A stretch of 64,000 nt of DNA from Octopus vulgaris. Taxonomy: Eukaryota. A model generated the notes under the pieces. The model saw nothing but the letters and a program-made list of their open reading frames with translations, searched no databases and was not told the DNA's origin. The stretch is from the NCBI GenBank assembly GCA_951406725.2, contig OX597819.1, forward strand, positions 4,898,001 through 4,962,000. Direction: 5' to 3'. The position numbers and the translations under genes were made by a program. Below, in pieces: positions 50,543 through 62,910 of this stretch. How positions within the stretch are numbered: the stretch's first letter is position 1; every line of letters begins with the position of its first letter.

Positions 50543-51104
50543 GGTAATATTTATCCTAGTGGAGGCGCAATGGCCTAGTGGTTAGGGCAGCGGACTCGCG
50601 GTTTCGATTCCCAGACCGGGCGTTGTGAGTGTTTATTGAGCGAAAACACCTAAAGCTCCACGAGGCTCCGGCAGGGGATGGTGATGATCCCTGCTGTACT
50701 CTTTCACCACAACTTTCTCTCACTCTTACTTCCTGTTTCTGTTGTACCTGTATTTCAAAGGGCCGGCCTTGTCACTCTCTGTGTCACGCTGAATATCCCC
50801 GAGAACTACGTTAAGGGTACACATGTCTGTGGAGTGCTCAGCCACTTACACGTTAATTTCACGAGCAGGCTGTTCCGTTGATCGGATCAACCGGAACCCT
50901 CATCGTCGTAACTGACGTAGTGCTTCTATCCCATTTATCCCAACTTAAATGTGGATGTTCTGTTGGAACAAACTATACTGCGGTAGATATCATGAGAGAA
51001 ACTCTCTGCACGAAAAGCCAGTATGAGAGTTTCTCTCATGGTATCTCCAGCAGTATAGTTTGTTCTAAAAGAACATCTACGTTTAAGTGGGGATAAATGT
51101 TACC
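50543..51104. mobile_element. Palindromic MITE (about 170 bp) interrupted by SINE C
   Basis: GGTAATATTTATCC / GGATAAATGTTACC ends; 50934-51097 folds into a long hairpin. Confidence 0.75.
50561..50930 (+). mobile_element. tRNA SINE family C (Arg-like head; possibly octopus OR1)
   Basis: A box TGGCCTAGTGG, B box GTTTCGATTCC; TSD ATTTATCC (50549-50556 / 50933-50940). Confidence 0.88.
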
Positions 51105-51594
51105 TTTTAAAAAAATGAGAAGAGAATGTTTTTGATCAGAAAATATATTGCAAAGAGATGTTTGCTGACACAGCTGGGGCTGTTAACATGTGGGAATGCT
51201 ACTGGTACCTGAGCTGATTTGCTAAACGCTAGGAGCTGTATCTGACTGCTGGTGTTGGGGGTGCTGGTTGTTGTTTCTAGCGTTGGAGGTCAACAGAAGA
51301 AAATGGTGAGATTTGTTGATTTTACTAATAACTTTATTTCTGGTTGAGAGAGTTGGAATGTTATTAAAAATAGTATAATGACAATGTTGAGAGAGTTAAA
51401 AAATGTTGTAATTGAAGTTATTGCTAGTCATTGTATTTCTGTGAAAAGTTCCTATGTTAAAGGTTAGCTCTGAATTGCTGTTGTAGGTTCGTCATAATGG
51501 TATTAGCTTCAGTCAACCGCTGCCTGTATCTGTTCACCATGTCTGCTACAACTCAAGGTTCTCTCTGCGCTTTCTCAAAGCTCTCTGGGTCCCG

Positions 51595-51755
51595 GGTCCT
51601 GGGCTGTGTGTGTGTGTCATTTTATACCTACCGAGAAGCTCAGAAAGAAAGACGCCAAAGTGAGATTTGTCGCTGTGTGAGGTTGTGATTGGCCAGATCC
51701 AGATCCGGTCGATCACTTAGGCAACATTCTTTCCAGGCAAAATAGCAATTGGTCA
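51595..51755 (-). promoter_or_regulatory. Candidate RNA polymerase II promoter (two CCAAT boxes plus TATAAAA)
   Basis: Minus strand: TGACCAATTG (51748-51752), TGGCCAATCAC (51688-51692), GGTATAAAA (51620-51626), in non-repeat sequence. Confidence 0.4.
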
Positions 51756-51776
51756 GATTCACAGATCATATGAGCA

Positions 51777-52158
51777 TGGAAGCACTCCGTCGGTTACGAC
51801 GACGAGGGTTCCGGTTGATCCGATCAACGGAATAGCCTGCTTGTGAAATTAACGTGTAAGTGGCTGAGCACTCCACAGACACGTGTACCCTTAACGTAGT
51901 TCTCGGGGATATTCAGCGTGACACAGAGAGTGACGAGGCCGGCCCCTTGAAATACAGGTACAACAGAAACAGGAAGTAAGAGTGAGAGAAAGTTGTGGTG
52001 AAAGAGTACAGCAGGGATCACCACCATCCCCTGCCAGAGCCTCGTGGAGCTTTAGGTGTTTACGCTCAATAAACACTCACAACGCCCGGTCTGGGAATTG
52101 AAACTGCGATCCTACGACCGCAAGTCCACTGCCCTAACCACTGGGCCATTGCGCCTCC
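51777..52158 (-). mobile_element. tRNA SINE family C, full length, 13-bp TSD
   Basis: GATCATATGAGCA at 51764-51776 and 52159-52171; inverted copy of 50561-50930. Confidence 0.92.
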
Positions 52159-52294
52159 GATCATATGAGCAGCATTCCAACGAATAGTGACATTCGGATG
52201 AATTACTGCTGCTTTTGCTGTTGTTGTTGTCTTGTTTTAACCCCAAGTTGACTTTGATTGAGTAGACCTATAATTAGACATTCGATTCGAGATT

Positions 52295-52668
52295 ATTCCT
52301 CTTTGGCCAAGCCCTCATCAACTTTTTCCAGTTTCACTTGAAAAGTAAGTTGAGGGTGGAGAGGGGGAAGTGTTGCCTTGTAGCAAGTTTCTTGAAAGGT
52401 GGGTGAATGCTGGAAGAATGGCCAGTGTGAAAGGACCAATTCTGAGTCTGCACCTGTAAACAAAGGGAGAAGGCGCTTGTGACTTTTGTGGGTTTTTCCA
52501 CAAGTTCCTTAAAGCGCCTCCCCTATTGGGAGTTGTAAATTGTTCAATTTTTAATCATTATTTATATTGTTTACACATTGTAAAACTCATTGTATTATCC
52601 TGTTTTTGTCTTTTATGTTGTATGTATTTTAATGTAATTTTATGTAAGCCCTTGTGGCCAATAAACAA

Positions 52669-52712
<44 letters not shown>
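52295..52712 (+). mobile_element. 3' fragment of a second, divergent Tx1 family
   Basis: GQALINFFQFHLKSKLRVER..KFLERWVNAGR aligns with GPGLMNYFIFHLKRKIGLER..YEERWKDVAR of the full-length Tx1; tail GCCCTTGTGGCCAATAAACAAAT(TAT)n. Confidence 0.8.
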
Positions 52713-52713
<1 letters not shown>

Positions 52714-53557
52714 GCAGAGAATACAGAACTATATAATTTATGAGAATGTAGAATCACCTCTGAAGCTGATTTCGTCACTTTATCTAGCACATCTTGTAAT
52801 CATATAGAGGCTTTATGGCTACTATTTTGCTTTCATCTACAGCTATATAAAACATGGATGTATGTATAAAGACATACAGTTCCTCTACACAACCACACAA
52901 TTCTAGTTCTCTTTCAGCAAAGTAACTCTAAAACATTTACATCTATACACGTGTAATTGATAAAAGTGGAAGAGTGAGTTTCAAAAGAAATATTTCTATC
53001 GTTTAGGAGAATACTATTTACTTTTTTAAGCGTTGTATTTGGATAAATTGAAAAAAATAATTAAAATAGTTCAAATACTAAGAAATAAGCATACTGAAAA
53101 CTGAATGGGTTATTTCCCTTGGAAGCTTAAAAATAATAACCACACGCCCAAATGTTATTCCTCCTGCCGTTTACCCAAATCAATTTATACTTAAAACCTC
53201 CCCAGACACATAAGCAATGTGTGTGTGAAGTTTAAGAAAACTTGGCCAAGCCATTTTGGCGCAAAACAAGGACATACCGATACACACACACACACACACA
53301 CATACACACTCCTGGCTCAAACTGAGACGGGAAACCAGCCGTGTCAAGGCCTCTTCTGATTATGTCATTCAGAGCGGCGTGTCGAGGAAATCAGCCGACG
53401 CGAAGGCTGCAGGATAAAAGATGCAGTCCAAATTCGTCTACTACCACTCACACATGCAGTCCAATCAGCAAATGGCTGACTCCGGTTCCTGGGCTGTATC
53501 ATGTACAACTATCCCGTGGAGTATCTCGCCAATGGGGGTGCTTTGGAAAAGTTATAA

Positions 53558-53858
53558 TCATCATCATCATCGTTTAACGTCCGTTTTCCGCGCTAGCACG
53601 GGTTGGACGGTTCAACCGGGGTCTGGGAAGCCAGGGGCTGCACCAGGCTCCAGTCTGATCTGGCAGAGTTTCTACAGCTGGATGCCCTTCCTAACGCCAA
53701 CCACTCCGCAAGTGTAGTGGGTGCTTTTTACGTGCCACCTGCACAGGTGCCAGAGGGGTCTGGCATTGGCCACAATCGGTTGGAGCTTTTAACGTGCCAC
53801 CGGCACGGAAGCCAGCCAAGGCGGCGCTGGCAACGGCCATGTTCGGATGGTGCTTTTT
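53558..53858 (-). mobile_element. Truncated copy of the multi-hairpin SINE-like element
   Basis: Homologous to 45856-46165. Confidence 0.85.
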
Positions 53859-54286
53859 TATATATATAATAAAGAAGTTAAAAGCATTTACAGTTAAGTA
53901 CTTTTAGCAAATGAATTTTAAGTCATATACTCACAGCGGAAATCAAAACTGTTTGTTGTTAGGGCAACTCCGCTTCATTAATTAATTAATTCTGCTGAAA
54001 ATTTTTGTAAAGAACTAGGGATTGGTGGGATTGCGAAAATTATTTACTAAATGTACACGTGACCCATTTGGTCACAACCACTCCAAATTGAAAATGATGC
54101 GCAGCAGCAAGAGACAAAAATATTTTTTAGAACTTCATGCAATAAAATTCTTAAATAATACACTTCTCCTGCTTTTGGTGTGACAACATAAACACGACCA
54201 AGTGTTTCTTCTTTGGAAACGTTCAAATGGCGTTCAACATCTTTTCCCCGCTTTCTTTTTTGTCATTATTTGTTAATACTGTTCCA

Positions 54287-54473
54287 AGGCCACGTCTCTA
54301 GCCAGTCAAGTGTAGCGCCTGAAGGACGAAGGGACTCCACACATTATCTCATGGAAGTAAAACCAGACCCTTACATGAACAGGGAGAAACATTGTGAGCT
54401 GTGCATAACTGAACAGGCGAGGATATTAAAGAACTCATTCGCAGGACGCAAGTCTTCGGACCCTGCTTACACC
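54287..54473 (+). repeat. 187-bp direct repeat of 55547-55733 (Penelope endonuclease fragment)
   Basis: Identical except for one position seen (54399 C vs 55659 T). Confidence 0.95.
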
Positions 54474-54479
54474 CTGGCT

Positions 54480-55310
54480 ACTTCAGCATAGAATAGTGTT
54501 TTTGCAAAGTCATCATTGATGCACAATGAAAAGAATTCTGCCAATGTTGTTTTCATATGTTGTTCATTGATAGCCACAGATATCCGCATTATTTCTAAGC
54601 AATATTCTTTGTTTATCTGTCAGTCTCACTATTGCAGGTACTCTTTCATGAATTGAAAATCCTAAAATGGAGGCAACTGCTTCCGATGGTCCACTATACC
54701 CAGCCATTAGATATTGACTAATTTCGTTATCATTGTTTATTTGAACAGCAGTTTGGTCATTTCCTTTCATCTTGTACTTGATGACGTTCTTAACTGACTT
54801 CCCTGAGGCAACGATTTCAATGTTGCAGCGGCATTTGAATGCTCTTAAAAGAATTTCCTTATAAGGTACAACCCATTTGTTGTTATTTCTTTATCCATTC
54901 TTAAAAGATTGAACTCCTCCCGTTGCAAATGATCTTCGTTTATCTCTCTTAAGATGATAAAGATTAATATTTTATTTTGAATAAAATATTGATTTTCGCC
55001 TTAAAAAAAAAAAATTAAGTACCTGTGATTCAAAAAATATCTCGTAAAAATATAGGGAGAATTTCTGTCTTTCAATCCACGGCACCCAAAAAGTTGTATA
55101 AATGATTTAGGGAAGAAAAAGGAAACTAAGAAAAAGGATGGACGACGGTTGCTGCGATCAATCTTTGAAATGTCGCCGACGCAAATTGACATTTACAACT
55201 TGATTCTCCCCCCCCCCTCTTAAAGGGGGAATTACTGTTTTATTTGTAATCTGTATCATCTTAATCAAAGGGTAGAAAAACGGACAAACTATGAGTTTTA
55301 ATATATATAT
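54480..55310 (-). mobile_element. Helitron relic with Rep (HUH) domain fragment
   Basis: NKWVVPYKEILLRAFKCRCNIEIV...VIKY.KGNDQ...NEISQYL..YSGPSEAV..ILGFSIHERVPAIVRL; TATATATATTAAAACTC 5' end near 55310. Confidence 0.8.
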
Positions 55311-55464
55311 ACAAAGCAACAACAGCGTCAACACCAGCCCCGCCACCGATGATGGCCCTTACGCCAGTATTAACGATATCGACACCAACACCAATAGCAT
55401 CAATAACAGCGGAAGTAACACGGTCAACATCAACAGTAGTAGCATCGCCAGCAGCAGTATTTGA

Positions 55465-55990
55465 AGATGCATCGGTTGTTCTGGAAACACCTTCAAACAG
55501 TGCCTCTCCAACCACAGATTCTCGTTTATGGTCCTGGTGAGACAATAGGCCACGTCTCTAGCCAGTCAAGTGTAGCGCCTGAAGGACGAAGGGACTCCAC
55601 ACATTATCTCATGGAAGTAAAACCAGACCCTTACATGAACAGGGAGAAACATTGTGAGTTGTGCATAACTGAACAGGCGAGGATATTAAAGAACTCATTC
55701 GCAGGACGCAAGTCTTCGGACCCTGCTTACACCTCAAGAGATTCCTACTGAAATTCTAGGACCCGCAAGCTGACCGGATGGACTCCAGATAGTGGTCTAA
55801 GGAAGATAACCCCTTGTGCTTAACCCTTCTTTGTCTGTGTGTTCAACAACTAGCCACGAGGTTTTTTCCTCCCCCACTTTGAAGAGAAGTAATGGGCCAC
55901 CGACCATTAGGGTCTGACGAGACGCTGTAAAGCTAACCGCTTTATGGACGCAAAACCCGGGATAACCCCATAGATCAGCCATAACTATCT
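55465..55990 (+). mobile_element. Penelope-like element 3' relic (Naiad-type GIY-YIG endonuclease plus pseudo-LTR)
   Basis: (Y)IGCSGNTFKQCLSNHRFSF...TSLASQV*RLKDEG...ISWK...PYMNREKHCELCITEQARIL, followed by a hammerhead motif. Confidence 0.82.
55910..55968 (+). ncRNA. Degenerate hammerhead motif (G12-to-A)
   Basis: GGGT-CTGACGA-GACG CTGTAAAGC taacc GCTTTATGG ACGC-AAAA-CCCGGG a-TA-ACCC. Confidence 0.6.
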
Positions 55991-56029
55991 TTATCTAAAT
56001 GTGTGTGTATGTGTGAGTGAAATTAAAAG

Positions 56030-56600
56030 CCAAAAACCCAATCCAAAACACTGCTACGCACCAGTATCATTCGTGATCCTCTTTTTGCAGCCGATGCTGC
56101 ACTAGTTGCGACTTCCTGGGAGGAACTCAGGTACTTCTAGACTGCTTTTCTTCTGTATGTAAAGCCCTCGGCTTGACCAACTATCTGCATAATAAAGAAG
56201 ACAGAAGAGATCAGCCAATTTGGGAGGTCAATCAGTGGCTGCTGGTTCACAATATCCTTTGACACTCCTATACAGATTGACGGGGGAAAAAGTATGTAAA
56301 GGCATTTACATATCCTAGTAGTAAAGTAAACTCGAGCGCTTCCCTCAACCGTCTTGCGAAAGCAACCGACGCACTTGGTAAACACCGTCATCGCTTATGG
56401 AATGAAAAGGTCATTAAACTTGACACCAAAGTACAGATTTATTAATCTCTCGTTCTTTCTACTCTCTTGTTTGACACAGAATCGTGGACACCCTATAGGT
56501 GGCACATTAACCAGCGAGACGTCTTCTACAAAGGAGGTATCAGGACAAAAAAAACCACGTCCTGCACATCTTACTACATTATATATGCCTGTAGAGGCTT
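56030..56600 (+). mobile_element. Highly degenerate RTE RT fragment
   Basis: IRDPLFAADAALVA, FTYPSS, TESWTPYRWH remnants. Confidence 0.55.
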
Positions 56601-56620
56601 CCTTATAAAATAATCTAGAG

Positions 56621-56700
56621 CAGTGCTACTCAAAGTGGTGGTCCATGGACCGGTGCCGGTCCGCGAGCCATCAGCCGCCGGTCCGCAGCGAGTTTCCAGA
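56621..56700. mobile_element. hAT-Charlie-like MITE end
   Basis: CAGTGCTACTCAAAGTGGTGGTCCATGGACCGG preceded by TCTAGAG. Confidence 0.65.
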
Positions 56701-56709
56701 AAAGAAAGA

Positions 56710-56940
56710 TATTTCTTTATTGCCCACAAGGGGCTAAACATAGAGGGGACAAACAAGGACAGACAAAGGGATAAAGTCGATTACATCTACCCCAGTAGTT
56801 AATTGGTACTTAATTTATCGACCCCGAAAGGATGAAAGGCAAAGTCGACCTCGGCGGAATTTGAACTCAGAACGTAGCGGCAGACGAAATACGGCTACGC
56901 ATTTCGCCCGGCGTGCTAACAATTCTGCCAGCTCGCCGCC
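56710..56940 (-). mobile_element. SINE family B (Tx1-type tail), full length, about 12-bp TSD
   Basis: AGAAAAGAAAGA (56698-56709) / AGAAAAGAACGA (56941-56952). Confidence 0.92.
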
Positions 56941-59046
56941 AGAAAAGAACGAAACATCATAAAATGCTTGTGTAATATTGTATTATTTGTTTACAAAATA
57001 AATAAAAAATGGAAAGGATCTACGAAAAATTTGATATGGGAATCGTCTATATGTAACATAAATATAAAAGTTTCATTGAATGAGGTCATGCGGCGCCTTC
57101 TCACAACGCATTAGTAATAAATACATGGAATTTATCACCAAAAATCAAAAACTAAAAAACACTAGGTATTATATGATAAACTACACGTTGACCCGTGTAT
57201 GCTGGCCCCTATTTTACTAAAACAAATTGTCTAGTGCCTCTTTCTAGGACAAATTGACTGTCTACGTTGAATACGAAATTATGATTAATTGGCAGTAGCG
57301 ATCCCACCTAATTATAGAAAAATTTGGGTAATTTTTCCCGGGCAATTTTGTACTTTTCTGTTTTGAGAATAAAAAACATGAATTTCATTTGGAGGCGTGG
57401 GCAAGGCTAATCTTATAATGTTGTGATCCAATACAATGGGTGATAATTTACCTTTATAAATGTGTTCCACGGTTTTTTGGAATGGGGGTGGAAAATAACC
57501 CTTTATTTAGAATATAAAACTCTTGATAAAATATGATCCTCATATCCTTTGTTAATTCTTTCATGTTGTTTTCCTTGTGTGTGTGTGTGAGAGAGAGAGA
57601 ATGATAAAGTCCATGAATATTTTTCTATTAAAATTCCATTTACGTTTAAGATACTTTATTTTTAAAAAATGAATAAAATAACAATATAAGAATGAACAAT
57701 ATTTTATCAAGCGTTTTCATCATGTTTTGTAGGTTAAAATTGCTCTTCATTACATCTGGGGCAATAAATATGTATGAATTATAGAGAATCGATTAATTCT
57801 ATGATGCATTCACTTCCCCTGAAAGATTTGGTATAATTGGTGGAATTGTCCTGGAGTAATAACTTAGCGGCATTTCGTCCATCTTTACGTTCTGAGTTCA
57901 AATACCGCCGAGGTCGACTTCGCCTTTCACCCTTTCGGGGTCGATAAAATAAGTACCAGTTGAGCACGAGATCCGGGCAAAAGCCCCATAGTTAAAGTGT
58001 GAAAGTGGACAAAAGCACGGTTATACTTTTTGATTATTTTTCGGGGTTTTTTTTCTTTCTTTTTACTTGCTTCATTCATTAGACTGTGGCTATGCTGGGG
58101 CATCATCTTGAGGAATTTTTAGTCGAATGTATCGATCCCAGAATTTTTTGAAATGATTTTCAGCCAGCGTATGAAGTTAAGCCTAGGTCTCTCTACATGC
58201 TAGAAATAACAGCCAAATCTTTAAAAGAAAATTTATATAATTTCGCGTCAATAAAAACGTTCAATCGAAAATAATTAAGTAGAATAGAATAACAGACCAC
58301 AAGACTCTTTACTGCTCAATATTGTCTGAATTCTAACAAAAGGAAAAGCATATACTTCTAGAGATGTGTAGAAACATAATAACAATCAACTGTATGTATG
58401 TATATATGTATATATGCATATATGTATGTGTGTGAGTATGTATGTATGTTGACATACATACAGCTGTATGTATGCTGATAGTTTTCATGACCTGTATAGT
58501 AGGTCTCACACACACATGCATACACACACGCACACACATACCTACCTACTTACATACATACGTTCATACATACATACATACACACATACCTACCTACCTA
58601 CCTACCATACCTACATGCATGCATGCATGCATGCATACATACATACATGATGGCTGTTCATTCCTAGGCAAGTATGATCATTGCTGACAGTTGTTCTCGT
58701 GTGTGTGTGTGTGTGTGTGTATACTTATATATAAACAACATGCTTCTTTTAGTTTCCATTTATTAAATCCATTCATAGATACTTGCCCAAGGTGCCTCAC
58801 AATGGAACTGAAACTGATGCCACATGATTGAGAAGCACCTATCACCGCCATAAAAATGTACCAGTGTAAGATACAATATCTCTAGTAATTGCCATGTGAA
58901 TGAACCTTACCAAATAATCTTTCTGTGGCAACTGATAACTTACTAAAGAGTTAACAATGAGGTCAAAAGTTTGATAAACCCAAGGTTTTATATACTGTAA
59001 CATTTCAATTTCATATATGTGGTAACATTTGCAAAGAGATAAATAC

Positions 59047-59262
59047 TGGTTTCAAATTTTGGCACAAGGCCAGCAGTTTCAGGGATGGGGTAAAGTCAAT
59101 TACATTGACTCCATCATTCAACTGGTATTGATTTTATTAACCCTGGAAGGATGAGAGACAAAGTCGACCTCGGCAGAATTTGAACTCAGAATGTGAAGAC
59201 AGATGAAATACTGCCAAGCATCCACCCTGGGTGTGCTAGCAATTCTACCAGCTGAACACCTT
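59047..59262 (-). mobile_element. Older SINE B copy with alternative 3' tail (similar copies at about 32658-32830, 35065-35170, 59782-59985)
   Basis: Same head and central domain as SINE B, but ends GCTGGCCTTGTGCCAAAATTTGAAACCA. Confidence 0.75.
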
Positions 59263-59326
59263 ACAAAGAGATGAATGTTCTATGAAGGTAATTATTTTAT
59301 CAATAGATGCATGTATTTGAGAAATA

Positions 59327-59670
59327 CAGGATGACCATGAAGTCTGAATACATGGGAAATATCTCTTTCCCTTGTCTTTCCCCACTCCCTCTGCAGATTG
59401 AATATGAGTTTGTCTGAAGAAGAAAGAACTGAATTGGTACTACTCAGTTGATGCGGGGGGGATGGTCATATCAACTGGTGGTAGATGCTTTCAATGTATG
59501 TCAATCCTTTAAAAGCCCCCATTGCCTTTCCCACAGTGGGGAAAGTGGTTAAGAAGTTCAAAGAAATAGGCAGTGTCTTAGACAAGCCCTTTTCAGATGA
59601 CCGACTGTAACAGATGAAATAAAAGAAGCAGTCATGGCTAAGGTTTTTGCTAGCCTCATATAGCCACATG
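59327..59670 (+). mobile_element. Degenerate 5' part of the rosa-type transposon
   Basis: MSLSEEERTELVLLS...KKFKEIGSVLDKP matches 9230-9510. Confidence 0.7.
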
Positions 59671-60558
59671 TTACAGTCTCCTTGTAGACTTCTCTTTCCC
59701 CAACCTTTTAAACTATAAATAAAGAGTCTTATCCATTTTGGCCTCCTGGCTATTGCATCTCTCAGAGCAATGCAGACATGTTGGTTTCAACCTTTGGCAG
59801 AAGGCTAGCAATTTCGGATCAATTACATTGAGCCCCATCGTTCAACTGGTACTTATTGTACCGATCCCAAAAGGATGAAGGGCAAAGTTGACCTCGGCAG
59901 AATTTGAACTCAAAATGTAAAGATGGATAAAATGCTGCAAAAGCATTTTTCCCAGAGTGCTAACCATTCTGCCAACTCACTGTCTTGAGAGAAATACAGG
60001 TACATTAACTGCTTTAAAGATCATTGCTTTGTTGAGGTGCACCAGCAAGAAAACTCCATTCAACCCAATTGGTGTTGCTCTTTTTAAAAGTTCTGTAAAA
60101 ATCCTTAAAAGATATCCATTCTAACTCTGTGTCCTAAGTTCAAATCCTGTTCAAGTCAACTTTGGATCCAGTAAATAAAGTACCAGTTAGGTATTGGATG
60201 TAGTTTATCCAAGATAACTTTCTCAGATGATCTTATGCCTACTCCTGATACTTTGGTGAATTGAGGAATGCAAAATAAAAGTATTACATTCCATGGAACA
60301 TCTGAGCCTGTCCAATACTTCATTTACTCGATTTGGTTGCCAGTAGATTTACAATTAAAGCAAAGGAAATCTTTCTGTTTGCCTTATGTACATTGGTGAA
60401 GATGCTGGAAGACCAGCCACAGGGTGTGTTCAAACCTTAGTACAGCTAACAGCAACAATGTGGGGCTCCTGTTTTACAAAGATTCCTATCGGACATAAGG
60501 GATTACTTTTAAACTTCATAAGTAATCTCACTGCAAAAAAAAAAAAAATGTTCCAATA

Positions 60559-60950
60559 GGCGCAGGAGTGGCTAGGTGGTAAGTAGCTTGCTTGCCAACC
60601 ACATGGTTCTGGGTTCAGTCCCACTGCGTGGCACCTTGGGCAAGTGTCTTCTACTATAGCCTTGGGCCGACTAAAGCTCTGTGAGTGGATTTGGTAGACA
60701 GAAACTGAAAGAAGCCTGTCGTATATATGTACATGTTTATATATATGTGTCTGTGTTTGTCCCCCCAACATCGCTTGACAACCGATGCTGGTGTGTTTAC
60801 GTCCCCGTAACTTAGTGGTTTGACAAAAGAAACCGATAGAATAAGTACTAGGTTTACAAAGAACAAATCCTGGGGTCGATTTGCTCGACTAAAGGCGGTG
60901 CTCCAGCATGGCCGCAGTCAAATGACTGAAACAAGTAAAAGAGTAAAAGA
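60559..60950 (+). mobile_element. tRNA SINE family A, full length
   Basis: Matches 43549-43948. Confidence 0.9.
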
Positions 60951-62429
60951 AAATTCTCCTAACTTGAAAATTAATTGTTGTAAAAAGCGACCCCAAAATA
61001 CTTTAACCCTTTTGCATTTAAACTGGTCGTATCCAGCCCAAATATTCTACCAGTTTTATACTGAAACCAGCCAGATCCAGCCTCACACACCTACCACTAT
61101 AATGTCATTCTAAAAATATGCAGTTACATCACTGAAATCGCAGAGCCATAAGATAATGCACGATTAACCGAAAGCAGTGTAAATAAATAAGCATCGCATT
61201 TGACAGAGTAATTTGATTGATAAAATGTTAAATATTGTTTTGGCAGATGTGTATTTCTGTTTTCTTCATTGCTTTCTGTTAAATAAATATTTCCATGGGC
61301 CTCAATAGGATTATATACTATCCAAAATTCATAAGTTGTGCAAATTAAGCATTCATTAGCTTAGAATTATTTTCCTGATTGTGGCGCTGGGAAGAGCATC
61401 CAGTCATAGAAGCCAGACCAAAGCTGACAGTAGAGATCGTCCAACCCAGGCCAGTATGGAAAACAGGCGTTAAATGATGATGATGGTGGTGGTGGTGGTG
61501 GTGGTGGTGGTGATGGTGATGATGATGATGTTGATGATGCTGATGATGTTGATGATGACGATGACGATGATGATGATGATGATGAAGAGGATGTCTCTAT
61601 TTCTGACTTGTCCCGTATCGTGTACTTCGATATTTTGAGTGGTCATCTATGATTAATCATTTTTTAAAACACTGATATCGTATAGATATAAAACTACAAC
61701 GTCAAATCTAAATAAAGAATCTAGCACGTTTTTTTCCTTTTCTTTGTTTTCACATATATAAAAAAAAAATGTAAACTGTTCGACAATTACTCAAAAGGGG
61801 AAATAAAATAAATATCTCAGTCGAAAAGTTGATAAATGCAATTATCTTATCATAGGGGAGATAATCAATAGAATTATTATACAACACCTAATTCCAAAAT
61901 CAAGGCCGAAATATGTGAAGGGAGACAACTTTAAAAGTCAGTTCTGGCCTACTTTGGTGGTAGATCGGAAGATTCGCAAAAGCAATAGAATGTCTCTTCT
62001 GGCTCTCAATTTTGTATTTCATCCTCCCGGGATCGACAAAGTAGTTGTAGTAAAATAAAAAATAAAAACTTTACTATACTGTACTGTTATTATTTAATTA
62101 TTGTTGTATGTACAATACATAAAAACATACATGTACTGAATTTATTTACAAACACACTTATTAAAACTAGCTCACAGATATGAGCTTATTATAAGGACTT
62201 TACATGTAACATAAAAATACTAATTTCACTTCACTTTTGCAAAATTAAACTTTAATTAAGGGCTTTATATCATTACAAACTTTTTCATTTTATTTCAATC
62301 AGCAAAACTTTTCTCCGCGGGAATGTCTGTCAGTTGCCAACCATTCTTCCATTTCATCATATGTTAGAATGTTCATTGGGTTATTCTCAGCTGCACTTTC
62401 TCTGAGGCCACTAAAAGGTATGGATTTCT

Positions 62430-62700
62430 TCCATGACTTTTGGAATCATTTTTTTCGCGCTAAGAGTTGCTGAAGTATGGAACAAACTGCCGGCATCAGT
62501 TGTTAGTTGTCGGAGCACTGCATCCTTCAAAACTTCCATGCTTCCTGAGATTCGCCAACACTACACCTGATTTTCTCCCCTCCATACACACGCAAGCATG
62601 TATCTGACTCATACACTGTTTACTTTCCAGACATTTGTACATTACTACATATACTTTATACGCACTTTTGTGGTTCACCTGAGCACTGTATACAATAATT

Positions 62701-62758
<58 letters not shown>

Positions 62759-62765
62759 CATTATT
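62430..62765 (+). mobile_element. CR1/L2-group LINE 3' end with (ATT)n tail
   Basis: HFF..LRVAEVWNKLPASVVSCRSTASFK motif. Confidence 0.75.
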
Positions 62766-62910
62766 AAAAATAAACCATTCAAATTCATCTCTGAGGAATT
62801 TTGATGAAAATTCCTCAGATACTGATGGTAGCTTTCTTTTGTCTGAAGATTATGAGGAAGAGCAGCATGCCCTCAAGTGTCTAAGTAAACCAACACTTGA
62901 TACTACAGAG

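Noticed and set aside
50561-50620. tRNA-like A and B boxes (also at 43549, 43270-43336, 52090-52158, 56860-56940)
   Set aside because: Heads of multi-copy SINEs with bodies and TSDs; no complete cloverleaf or terminator.
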